Shown here: positions 53,368 through 64,000 of the stretch, one piece after another
How the letters are laid out: every line of letters starts with the position of its first letter
Position numbering within the stretch: the first letter of the stretch is position 1
From: Tetramitus jugosus
Taxonomy: Eukaryota > Protista > Heterolobosea
Assembly (NCBI GenBank): GCA_937625935.1
Contig: OW569374.1
Location: 404,238-468,237, forward strand
Length of the DNA stretch: 64,000 nt
Direction of reading: 5' to 3'
Program-made: the position numbers and the translations under genes
Notes under the pieces: model-generated
Database searches by the model: none
Seen by the model: the letters and a program-made list of their open reading frames with translations, nothing else
What the model was told of the DNA's origin: nothing

Positions 53368-54798
53368 CGGACTTTCAGAATCAATACGATCACCTTCGCT
53401 CAAGTGGGCTCGGAGGAAATTCTCCTCCTCTTGAGCTTGATATTTAGCATACTTTGCTTGTTGTGGAGTCTCTTCATCTTCTAGAATAGAAGAGAATGGT
53501 CGCTTTGAGGTCGATTGCCGAGTGTCGTCTACGGGAATGAGACTCCATGACTCACTGACATCATCCTGAGTATTTTGTATCTCATTTAAATAGTCTAACT
53601 CACTTTCAACAGCATTTTCCTGATCAAAACCACCTATGTCTGAATCATCCCCTAAGATAGAGGTCTGCGAAGTGATTAAAGGGGATAGACAATCGGAAGA
53701 TTCCCCATCTTGCATTTGGACTGGATTAACTGCCTCGCTCATATTAGGTACATTGATGTTGTTGAGAAGTAGCGGTGGTCCTTGCAAAAAATCATCGCGA
53801 AGGTTCAATGGTTCTCTCGTAGGACAAGCGCCCAACGAAGACCCATTGTGAATCAGAGGATCAAAATCCAAGGAACTCTCTGTATGGTCAACAACAGTCG
53901 ACGCTTCTGTAGAATTCCTCGAGGATGTACAGCCTTCGCGTGAGACATCTGTCTCTCTTTGATAATACACTTCGGGGAGCTGCTGATAGGTGGACGTGAT
54001 TGTGCCTGTTGTGGCGAGGACCCCGTGAGGTTGGTTCATGGGTAGCTGAGCAAGGAAGCCACCCAATGGAGGTGGTGCTCGCATCATGAGTTCCATAGGA
54101 TAGACAAAACCAGTTTGAGGATAAACTGATTGTTGATATGTTGTAGGGTCATGCGTTGACACAGGATTGTATGCCATAGTGTTCATTATATAGATCGATG
54201 GACTCTGAGGTGGTGGATTCTGCGGTGGATGTCCATTGTTGTTCGTGATTCCAGAAGCACTTGGAGTGGAGGGTTTGGTTATCTCACGGAATCTTTCATG
54301 AATCTTGTCCATGGTCAAGGTGTCATCTAACACAATGTCATCCCCGAATAGATTCGTGAGATACTTTGTTGATCTCTCCAATCTATCACCATGATTAACC
54401 TTACCAAAGTAGTAAATGCTGTTTTGGATGTTGCCTATCCTTACATCCAATCGAAACCATATGTAGTCAGCTATGTGCCTACTGGCGTCGAAATCAACCT
54501 TGTATCGATTGGGCTCACCTACTGCATATCCCGTTTCGATCAAGGGGTACTCTTTAATCAAGTCCCAGTGCTTGTTCTTGACGCGGTCTACAAACGAAAC
54601 ACTCAAGGTATAGATGAGGATCTTGACATCCGAGTGTTTAACAGCAGCAGAAAGCATGAAATACAATCTCACTCTGTTGTTAGTGGACACCATGGGTAAA
54701 TAGGAGGGATTTTTTCCAGTTTTGTGACATCCAAATCGGAAGGAAAAGTGTTTGGCCAGTTGAGTAGTGACAGTTTGGGTTCTGTTCATGTGAGTCAT
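53353..54798 (-). CDS. Hypothetical protein, paralog of 45936-47057
   Basis: Likely start MTHMNRTQ at 54798, by alignment to the paralog. Same conserved N-terminal domain. Confidence 0.8.
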   Translation of the reverse strand: MTHMNRTQTVTTQLAKHFSFRFGCHKTGKNPSYLPMVSTNNRVRLYFMLSAAVKHSDVKILIYTLSVSFVDRVKNKHWDLIKEYPLIETGYAVGEPNRYKVDFDASRHIADYIWFRLDVRIGNIQNSIYYFGKVNHGDRLERSTKYLTNLFGDDIVLDDTLTMDKIHERFREITKPSTPSASGITNNNGHPPQNPPPQSPSIYIMNTMAYNPVSTHDPTTYQQSVYPQTGFVYPMELMMRAPPPLGGFLAQLPMNQPHGVLATTGTITSTYQQLPEVYYQRETDVSREGCTSSRNSTEASTVVDHTESSLDFDPLIHNGSSLGACPTREPLNLRDDFLQGPPLLLNNINVPNMSEAVNPVQMQDGESSDCLSPLITSQTSILGDDSDIGGFDQENAVESELDYLNEIQNTQDDVSESWSLIPVDDTRQSTSKRPFSSILEDEETPQQAKYAKYQAQEEENFLRAHLSEGDRIDSESPSYLL

Positions 54799-55564
54799 TG
54801 TGGTGTGAAGGGATTGATGAAGAACGGATGAAGGTCTACAAATGGAATTATAATAACTATAATCGATAGAGGGAAGCAAATTACTTGTGCTGTGGTTTTT
54901 TCGGTCAGAACGAGAGAAGTTTTGCTTCGCAGACATCCAGGAAGACTTTACAACAAAATCGACGGAGAGGTTTTTCCGCTGTCGGAGCATCATGAAAATG
55001 ATGGGAGCTCGAGTTCTCCTTGAATTTCTATCCTCTCTTCATGAACTGGGAATCTGAATTCTCCATCTTTCTTCCTTCACTTCCGAGAAGTACCTACTCA
55101 ACTGAAGATCCTCAACTCACTTCGGCACTGGTAACTCGTGAATACAGCATTGACTCACCGAAGTGGACAGCAGAAGAGAAATACCGATTGTTGTGAAAAA
55201 AGTTTCGTACTGAGTACTCAAACCATGGATGCGATCACCTGTGCTAGAAAGATAGTGAAGACCTACCACTAGGTTGGAATGCATTCATGTCCATCATCGT
55301 GTCAATTCGCGTACACTCGATAGTCTCGCTAAAGAAACTCAGGTACTCCATGGGTGCATTCGAATGATGCTTTCTTGCTCCAGATAACAATTTCAGAATC
55401 GATTATCTGAGATAACGTCACGATTTGCTCTCTAGCATCTTCTACAGAGAAATGAACTCCAATAGATCCAATGGCTGCAAAAAACAAATCAAGGGTATAT
55501 CTATGATGAGCACAAACATGTCAATTTGAATTCGAGTAAACCTTTTTATTATTGGTGAGCAACT

Positions 55565-55990
55565 TTAGAGAAAGATGCTACCTCCAGTAACTCTCACCGT
55601 ATATTCAACATGAGAAACCGGTTTGATGGCAGCACCACATATGAAACTGTTTCCACTCGAGCCCTCTGCGTCTGGAAAATGTCCAAACACTTCTACAGTC
55701 TTTCCAGCGTATTTTTCCAAGTTGATCATATTCTTCTGCTGTTCCTCCCAAGGACTAGTGTATAATGCAGAGGTCAATGGAAATTTTCCCTTGTCAAAGG
55801 ACAGAATGTAACGATATGGCAATGAAGTATCAGCAGCCTCAATGATACCTTCTTTGGTGCAAGGGTTTTGATTATAACTTGCATTCTTTCCATCGAGAGA
55901 TCTAGTGTTATCCTGGTACTGGGTGACGTATCCTCTTGTAATTAATAAATTTTTCTTGGCGAGACAAGTTGTTCTATACAGTCTTTGCAT
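55565..55990 (-). CDS. Small hypothetical protein with a possible mitochondrial presequence
   Basis: CAA-rich leader before ATG and a basic, acid-free N-terminus (MQRLYRTTCLAKKNLLITRGY). Confidence 0.55.
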   Translation of the reverse strand: MQRLYRTTCLAKKNLLITRGYVTQYQDNTRSLDGKNASYNQNPCTKEGIIEAADTSLPYRYILSFDKGKFPLTSALYTSPWEEQQKNMINLEKYAGKTVEVFGHFPDAEGSSGNSFICGAAIKPVSHVEYTVRVTGGSIFL

Positions 55991-58139
55991 TGTTGTTTGT
56001 TGGTTTGTTGGTTTGTATGTTGGTTTACGGGTGGTTTTTTCGTAATTGTAATATATTTCATATCAAGCAATGTCTTGAATGCCACAAATAGAATTAAAAC
56101 AGATTCTTTCGAGATACTATAGATAACACTTCGTTGAATGAACCGGAGGTGGGAACACATTCAAAGGTAGAGTCTTGATCGTCCTCTGGCCTTTGGGTAC
56201 ATCCAAGCTTTTTCTACTTTTTTGAACTACAAGCAACACCTGACAATAACAAATTTTAAATTGAATCTTTGGGTAGAAGAGGTTTTTATTGTTTGTTTTT
56301 TGTACTGTTCTAAAACCATCCATTGGTCAGAGATCGGTTTTGTGTGACCTTCCAAGTACAAAAATTGCAACAACATCAGAGGAACCTCGTGTTTGAATTA
56401 GTAGCACTTGGGAAACTGGTGCTGGTTGAATACTCTGTTCGAGTTGTTGGATACGCTTATGAGTGAGACTAAACTTTCTTGATTGAGCCAGTGTAGGATC
56501 AGGAACTGTAAACGACATAGTTTCAACAATTTGAATAGACGCAAAGATGGGTCCTTTTCTTAATAATGAATTTGCTGTTAACTGTTTCGACTAATCCCCT
56601 TTCACCAACAATAAAAAGCCGATTCTTGGACCTATTTTCGAATTGACTTCGGTAGAAACTCTGTCAAATGAAGAAAAACGAGAATGGTGGACACCTTTGA
56701 TTCGCTGAATACTCGATTTCAGATTAAATACTTCACAGAATGCACTGGAGTTACTGGTGTGAGTTATCAAGTGTTAACGCATTCAGTTGAGCTTGAATCC
56801 TCACCATGATGATACCATGTTTTGAGTGGACAGAATAAAAAGAAATGCCAATATTTTAGCAAGAAATTTTGCGAAGTTCAAGAATTTGTTGTTTAATAGA
56901 ACCATTGCAACCACAATGGCAACACTGAACCCCATATCCTGAAAGGCCAGTTCCATGACATGAAGTACATGTTTTTGGTTGTTCAATTCACATCCTTTTG
57001 ATAATCTAATCACTCTAACAAAACACTCTAGTTCACTCTACAATGTCTCTCTATAGTCAGAGACATTCAATCACTAGTCAAACAACAAGACAAGACAACA
57101 ATAAGACATCAAAACACTTTTCAATCAATATCATAAAGAAAGTTCTTATTGTTTTCATGAAAACATGTAGCTTTACTTACTGTCCTACTGTCAAACAGCT
57201 AGACAAACAATTCTTCTTCAACAAGACAGCTCTATCAAGACAAAATTAAAGATTCTTCTTTTCTTGTTTGATTCTTCTCTCTCTCTTCTAGCCTTGAGTG
57301 CTTTAAGTTGGTAAACAAACATTGAGACAACAACATTGTAATTGATTGAGAGCCAGTGGCAATAACCAACAACCATCACCAAAGGCCATTCAGTTGGCGT
57401 AGCCAGATTCTTGGCGAGTGTGATTCCAGGTGATACTCGTTATCGATTGCTTCTTGTTCTTGAACTGGAGGATGACAGTCACACTAGATAGACAACACAA
57501 AAAAAAAGTTGGGTCATTCAATTCTGCCACTCGATCCAATTCAAACAGCATCACCGCTCTTGATCCGGTCGAGCAACACTGTGATTGTCACTTAGTTATT
57601 TCGAAATCAGTACCTTGCTTGCTCTGTGTTTGCTCTGTCATTGCTCGTTGCTTCTTTGTGCCCTGTGCTCTGATGACCTTCTCGATTGAAGACTTGAAGC
57701 CATTTCCATGTAAAATTGACACTAAAGAAGGTTGTGGAGTGCAATCATTTAGGTTTTAGTCGCGTAGTGATTCTCTTTGGTTTTCATCATTCTATTCTTT
57801 TTTTCATCCATTCTTTTGGCTCTTTCAATGTCCTCAGCACAATCAGCTCTTACTGTACCCACAGAGATGTGTTGTGATCCAGGAGCTGGAACGGCTTGTG
57901 GATCTTCATAATGAATAGTCATAGCAGGTGTAAATCTTATGTACCTTCTTAGATACTAGTCCAATCTTTGGAAGTATCTCAGAATCTCTATCGGTGGTTC
58001 GGTAAAAATGATTGTTCCTTGTGTCTCGATGAAGAAAGAGAATCAAGAGAGAGTAAAGCACCAACAACAAGCAATGAAGAGACAAATGTCAAGAAATAGA
58101 AGGAGATAATCACTCCCAGTATGTATCGTTGTGAGAAGT

Positions 58140-58850
58140 CTACCATAAGTCGTGTGTTGAAAACCCTTGCAGGATATCATCCAAATCTATGCCGTACGTT
58201 ATACGTCTTATGGCAAAACTAAGCGATTCAATTCCTTGTAAATGTTCAAACACCGCATCAGTGATTGTTTCTTGATTGCAATTATTCATATTGAGAGTAT
58301 GAATTCCCTTCAGATTTGCAAAGGCTTTGTCAGTGATAGTTTTTTGGTTACAATACCTCATATCGAGAGTATGAACTCCCTTCAGATGTTTAAAGGCTTT
58401 GTCAGTGATCGTGTCTTGACTGCATTCACTCATTATAAGAGTATGAATTCCCTTTAAATGTTCAAATGCCTTGTCAGTGATAGTTTTTTGGTCACAATTG
58501 GCCATATCGAGAGTGTGAATTCCCTTCAGATGTTTAAAGGCTTTGTGAGTGATCGTGTCTTGGCTGCATTCGCTCACTATAAGAGTATGAATTCCCTTTA
58601 AATATTCAAATGCCTTGTCAGTGATAGTTTTTTGGTTACAATAGCTCATATCGAGAGTGTGAACTCCCTTCAGATGTTTAAAGGCTTTGTCAGTGATCGT
58701 GTCTTGCTTGCATTCACACATTATAAGAGTATGAATTCCCTTGAGATGAGTAACATTGGACAACCCCTGTGAATAAACATTTGAATAGATATCGCAGACC
58801 CTAGGGATCGAAAGAAATAAAATCTGGACGAGCATTGACACTATCTTCAC
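58140..58850 (-). CDS. Subtelomeric leucine-rich repeat ORF (seven 24-aa units), possibly 5'-decayed
   Basis: HLKGIHTLxMxxCxQxTITDKAFx repeats with 72-nt DNA periodicity. Confidence 0.7.
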   Translation of the reverse strand: MKIVSMLVQILFLSIPRVCDIYSNVYSQGLSNVTHLKGIHTLIMCECKQDTITDKAFKHLKGVHTLDMSYCNQKTITDKAFEYLKGIHTLIVSECSQDTITHKAFKHLKGIHTLDMANCDQKTITDKAFEHLKGIHTLIMSECSQDTITDKAFKHLKGVHTLDMRYCNQKTITDKAFANLKGIHTLNMNNCNQETITDAVFEHLQGIESLSFAIRRITYGIDLDDILQGFSTHDLW

Positions 58851-61329
58851 TCTTGGGACCTCTTGTTTTGGTATGTGCTCGTTATATCACAAAGTGTTTG
58901 TACATTACCTTGCATCTGATGTACCATGTTTCATACGAAGCAGTCATCATTTTTCTTGATTGAAATTGTTTATTAGATATAAAATTGCATTACATACTTT
59001 TCATTCACCCTTTCCTTTTCTTTGATGTATTTTTCTTCTGCTCACTGAATTTGAACTTCTCGCGCTCTCTTCAGGTTGTTACACATTAGGTTAAAGTTAC
59101 CGTTAGATTCTTTCATAAAGAGTCTTTTTCAACTTGCTATTCTTCTCCCTTTGCCTTTGAGCGACCAAATCCTGATTTTCAGGAATCGGTTATCTTATCG
59201 TCTTTGTTCATACCTTTGAGAAAGTATTACCAGTATTCTTCGAAGCAGCCCCTAACGAGAGATATTCAGCTTCCTTGGTCTAATTGTTGATTCGATACTT
59301 GCATCGTATTTCTTCGCTTTCGAAACATTGCTTTGATTTTGCTCGTCTTATCATACTTGAAGGCGACAGCAACCACATCACCACATAACTTCCAATCTTT
59401 GATCTCTTTACAATTAACACCAATACATTTGAGTGCATAGTCCTTTTCAATGACTTGTCTTGAGTGATCATCATTCAAGTCTGGAACCATCCAAGAACTT
59501 TTGGATTTTAAAGAACCAATTTCTACAATTTCACTGTGATTTGACAAAATTTAATTTGATTGTCAGAGCCATTTGAACAGTTAAATTGGATTCTTCTTCT
59601 TAGTTTGATTCAGTAAAAGCCGGAGAAGCATCTGTCACGCCAGGCGGCCCGCCAAAGTAATATCGGTAATCAGCAACAACTGGTTGCAAAAGAACAACAC
59701 TCTTATCAGATTTCACCGTCTGACTGAGGACAAAACTTTTGAGCAAGTGTATCAGCAGCAAAAGGGTCGAAGGTTGTTGGCTTTTTAACAGATGTGTTCG
59801 ACTCATTTGGTATGTCTGAGCTCACGGGGGATGAAAAACCACTTGTTTGACAAGAGCCAAAAAGGATGGAATAGAGTAATAGAAGAATTAGCGATAAAAA
59901 TTCGACAAAAATTTTAATCATTTTTATTCTTTGTTTGTGTTGATTTGTGGTATTTTTGTTAGTGTTTGTTTTGTTGAATCAGAAACAGTTTTTGTGCGCA
60001 ACGTTTTTTTGCACAAACTTTCTTTGTTTCAGTTTTGGCAGCAAAAAGAAAAACGCTCAGTCATTAATAATAGCACAACATCCGAACCACGTTGAACATT
60101 TTTTTGAAGTGAAAACAAAACCAACCTACAAAAGCACAAAAAACCAACACAGTGGGATACAAACAGTGGTCAAGTTGTAGACAAAAATCTAGAAATTAGG
60201 AAGAGCCGGCTTTCTTAAGAGGAGTTGGGCAGGATTGACTTTAAAACACAAGTTCGCAATTCACGTTCAACATCTTGCAAAAATATGAATATACATCAGT
60301 CAAGCTTGAGTGCATATATCAATAGGTATGTATCTCGTGCTGCGCCTAGAGAAGCAGTCTCCAAATTTTGTCAAATGAGTGGTGAAGAACAGGCGATGTG
60401 TATTTTGGGAGATGTGCAGAAGAAGGCGAGGAAGTGGAAAAGACAAATTAGAAGGTCGTGGTTTTGTACTTTTTGATGAGCAGAATAGAACCCTGGACTC
60501 AGTTCTGAACAATTTTAAGACATGTCGCTATAGAGTGAGTGCATTCATGTCTACTTACCACGTTCTACTCTGAATCAATTCTCTCAATTGTTTACAACTG
60601 AAATTACATATGGATTGATCAAGCCACAATACGGGAAGATAACCAAAGCACAAAATTTGTCAGTGAGCTCAACACGTGATGGGGGGACTGGGGGACTGTA
60701 GCTTGCAACACTACTTTCCATTTGAATTATCCTCAGTGGCTACCATTCCCTTATATAAGAAAGAATCTATAAAACATAAAGTAAACGCCTTCGGATGTCA
60801 ATATGTATGTACTAAAATATCCATTGAGAGGTTTGATTTGTATCTATATTGTCTTTTATGATTCCTAGTATCCTTGTAGAGGAATAATAACTTTTATTCA
60901 ATAGAGGATAGTCTCTATTCAACATCTTGTACAACAAAGGGGGTAGCGATTGGAAGACAGTATAATATCTGGACATTCCCCCGTAGAGTAGACATTGTGA
61001 AACTTTGTTGTTTCACATTATTGTTGGTTCTTTGGCACAGAAATGATGGGCAACTCAGTGTTTCTGTTGCATCATCAATAGCTATGCATTACTTCTCACT
61101 TCTCATTCTTCGTATCCATGCACTGCTTCTCTTCATCAGTTCATACAACACACGTTTGGGCTGAGGAGAGCTGGGGGTGTCAGTAACTTCATGGTGCCCT
61201 CTTTTATTACTGCTGTCGATGAAATCAGCATCCTCGTCATCACTCTGCTCACTCATTGCAAGCCAATCATCATCTCCATCACTAGTCGTTTGGTGCATTC
61301 ATCTACTGCGTTGTTTCATTGGCACTCAG

Positions 61330-62860
61330 AACAAACCTATAGAAGGGATATTTTCTCTCGCCCTTCCACTCCCAGTCTCCTACAATCTGGAGCTCTTGAA
61401 TCAAGAAGCTCTTCCACGGTTCTCTGGCGTGATTTTATCTTCCTACGGTTGATTGGACGCATCCCTCGCCCTCTTACTCTTATCTCTATACGATAAACGT
61501 ATGTTGTCACTTGCATTGCAAGTAGCATTTACTAACCTAGGTTGAATTAAGCTATAAACTGGACACATACATCCCTACTTGAAACTGATTCAATTCAGAC
61601 TCTCAATTATATTTGTCGAATCTGGTGTATTCTCCCAGTGCCGGTTTGAGAAAGCAACACAAAGAAGTTTCAAGTTGTCTTCTCTGAGCCACCATTCAGC
61701 CCAAGTGACTAGCTCTGAACATAGAGTAGTAATTTTTTTGAAGGTGGTATACACCTGATCCAGCTCAGACATATTTCTGATTTCTTTGCAGAGACGAATG
61801 AATTCAAGTCTGACAGCTGGGTTGACAACCAATCTGGCTACACGTTCACAAGATATGAGCCAGCGAACACCACATCCCTTTAATAGCCTATCAGATTCAT
61901 ATGTCCCGTCTACTTCACCAAGTATCGCTAGCACTTACGGAAACCATTTGTTTGGGCAGTTGAATAGTCAACTAATACTGCTTCAAGCTCAGCTATGTAC
62001 GATTTCACATTAACTCCATTATCCTCAAGTATTGAAGAAGTATTCAAAAGCTAGTTGATAGCTATTTGAATCCAAACATTTGAATCTGGTTCTAGCAAGC
62101 ATTGTGGATTGTCTTAAGTTCTCAGAGTATGTGGCTATTCCAAAATGATATAGGTTCTCTTGATTCTTACCATGCTTCACATCGACCACAAGAAACTTTG
62201 CTTCTGATGCCAATAGTGATTGGAGATATGACTGACTGTGTATTATGCACCCAGCTGCATCTGTATGGTTTACTCTGACATAAAAGAACAACAGTCGTTT
62301 TCCTTCAAGTTCTTTGGTGTTATATGCTTTAAGAGAAAGTTCAGTCTGTGACAGTTTGAGGGATGTTATTTTGTCCTTCCCAAAGAGTTCATCCAGAATT
62401 TGTTTCCTTATCATAGTAGCACGGTCCACATTAGCTAGTGATGGACATAGTTTTTTCAAGTTCAGCTTTCTTACCATCTCCTTGCCTTTTGTAGGTTCAG
62501 AGTAAATGGAGTTCCTGACAATGTTACGAATGGCAGAAGGAACTTGGTAATTCTTGGTACAGTATTCAATGTATTCCCACATATTATGTTCTTGTCTCTC
62601 CTCCAGTGGTGGGCTGTATTCATAGAGTATGTTGATTTTGGGGTAACGCAAGGAAGCCAGGTCTGAGATTTCCTTACTTACGAGCTGACCACTGCGAAGA
62701 ACTCTTTTGAGGTTTATATTCTTCTTTGTGCCGAAATATATGTCCGTACGCTCTTCAGAGGGATGTTCTGTAATTTGTGTAGTGGGTGCTCTATGCTGTC
62801 GAACTGTGACTTGAACAACATACATATGTCCATCATATCTTTCGAGAGAATGAATTTCTT
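61330..62860 (-). mobile_element. Mutator-like (MULE) DDE transposase pseudogene
   Basis: Across frameshifts near 62030 and 61935: FLVVDVKHGK (D1), VLVDYSTAQTNGF (D2), LLKGCGVRW (CxxH site), WAEWW..TPDSTNIIES (E), then DSRAPD. Confidence 0.7.
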
Positions 62861-62989
62861 TGTATCACCAGTATTTATTCGTATACTAGCTCTAATTTTG
62901 ACTAATACATCTTCTGATAATGTAAGAAAGGGTTGTAGTTGTTTGATGAGCTGATGGTTAACTGGGATCGTCTGTTCTATTCCCTCTGT

Positions 62990-63006
62990 GGGTTTGGGTT
63001 TGGGTT
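62990..63006 (+). repeat. Short interstitial telomeric tract
   Basis: GGGTTTGGGTTTGGGTT lies 85 bp proximal to the main array. Confidence 0.75.
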
Positions 63007-63091
63007 GTCACATATCGGCTAGCCAAGACTGGCTGAATACAGTCAACTATACGTTGTAAAGGTTGTTTTTGTATTCTTTATGGTCTGGAGT

Positions 63092-64000
63092 GGTTTGGGT
63101 TTGGGTTTGGGTTTGGGTTTGGGTTTGGGTTTGGGTTTGGGTTTGGGTTTGGGTTTGGGTTTGGGTTTGGGTTTGGGTTTGGGTTTGGGTTTGGGTTTGG
63201 GTTTGGGTTTGGGTTTGGGTTTGGGTTTGGGTTTGGGTTTGGGTTTGGGTTTGGGTTTGGGTTTGGGTTTGGGTTTGGGTTTGGGTTTGGGTTTGGGTTT
63301 GGGTTTGGGTTTGGGTTTGGGTTTGGGTTTGGGTTTGGGTTTGGGTTTGGGTTTGGGTTTGGGTTTGGGTTTGGGTTTGGGTTTGGGTTTGGGTTTGGGT
63401 TTGGGTTTGGGTTTGGGTTTGGGTTTGGGTTTGGGTTTGGGTTTGGGTTTGGGTTTGGGTTTGGGTTTGGGTTTGGGTTTGGGTTTGGGTTTGGGTTTGG
63501 GTTTGGGTTTGGGTTTGGGTTTGGGTTTGGGTTTGGGTTTGGGTTTGGGTTTGGGTTTGGGTTTGGGTTTGGGTTTGGGTTTGGGTTTGGGTTTGGGTTT
63601 GGGTTTGGGTTTGGGTTTGGGTTTGGGTTTGGGTTTGGGTTTGGGTTTGGGTTTGGGTTTGGGTTTGGGTTTGGGTTTGGGTTTGGGTTTGGGTTTGGGT
63701 TTGGGTTTGGGTTTGGGTTTGGGTTTGGGTTTGGGTTTGGGTTTGGGTTTGGGTTTGGGTTTGGGTTTGGGTTTGGGTTTGGGTTTGGGTTTGGGTTTGG
63801 GTTTGGGTTTGGGTTTGGGTTTGGGTTTGGGTTTGGGTTTGGGTTTGGGTTTGGGTTTGGGTTTGGGTTTGGGTTTGGGTTTGGGTTTGGGTTTGGGTTT
63901 GGGTTTGGGTTTGGGTTTGGGTTTGGGTTTGGGTTTGGGTTTGGGTTTGGGTTTGGGGTTTGGGTTTGGGTTTGGGTTTGGGTTTGGGTTTGGGGTTTGG
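63092..64000 (+). repeat. Telomere, (TTTGGG)n
   Basis: About 150 near-perfect hexamers with the G-rich strand running 5'->3' toward the window end. Two TTTGGGG variants near 63955 and 63992. Confidence 0.95.

Noticed and set aside
58230-58750. Regularly spaced repeats resembling a CRISPR array
   Set aside because: They are contiguous in-frame 72-nt coding units with no unique spacers and no cas genes.
59706-59921. TFDPFAAD resembles the eIF1/SUI1 N-terminus
   Set aside because: No following IHIRIQQRNGRK core was seen.
1-64000. tRNA, rRNA or snRNA genes
   Set aside because: None recognised by eye. A tRNAscan-SE/Infernal run would be needed to exclude them.

Overview
This window is the right-hand end of a linear chromosome from a gene-dense microbial eukaryote. 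It uses the standard code, has short GT-AG introns with CTAAC/CTAAG-like branch points, and ends in a ~0.9 kb (TTTGGG)n telomere. The organism is most likely a heterolobosean (Naegleria relative). This is inferred from the Naegleria-like calcineurin B, a mitochondrion-targeted bacterial-type Ffh, an RGS-START fusion and a Zn2Cys6 factor. Positions 1-52.7 kb hold about 33 tightly packed genes. Several are spliced genes that the ORF track misses or fragments (GH15, PPPDE-like, PFDN2, ARPC5, PRI1, LIG1, PACRGL, CNB1). From ~52.9 kb the region becomes subtelomeric: a 210-bp nested palindrome, a duplicated lineage-specific gene, decayed ORFs, an LRR array, and a Mutator-like transposase pseudogene running into the telomere. 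The most notable items are the mitochondrial Ffh with an eroded RNA-binding motif, a tiny SVBP-like gene, an uncharacterised paralogous TF-like family with a conserved 3'-UTR element next to the palindrome, a Crinkler-type REase+FunK1 kinase, and recurrent E2F-like promoter motifs. All assignments come from motif recognition by eye; no searches were run.
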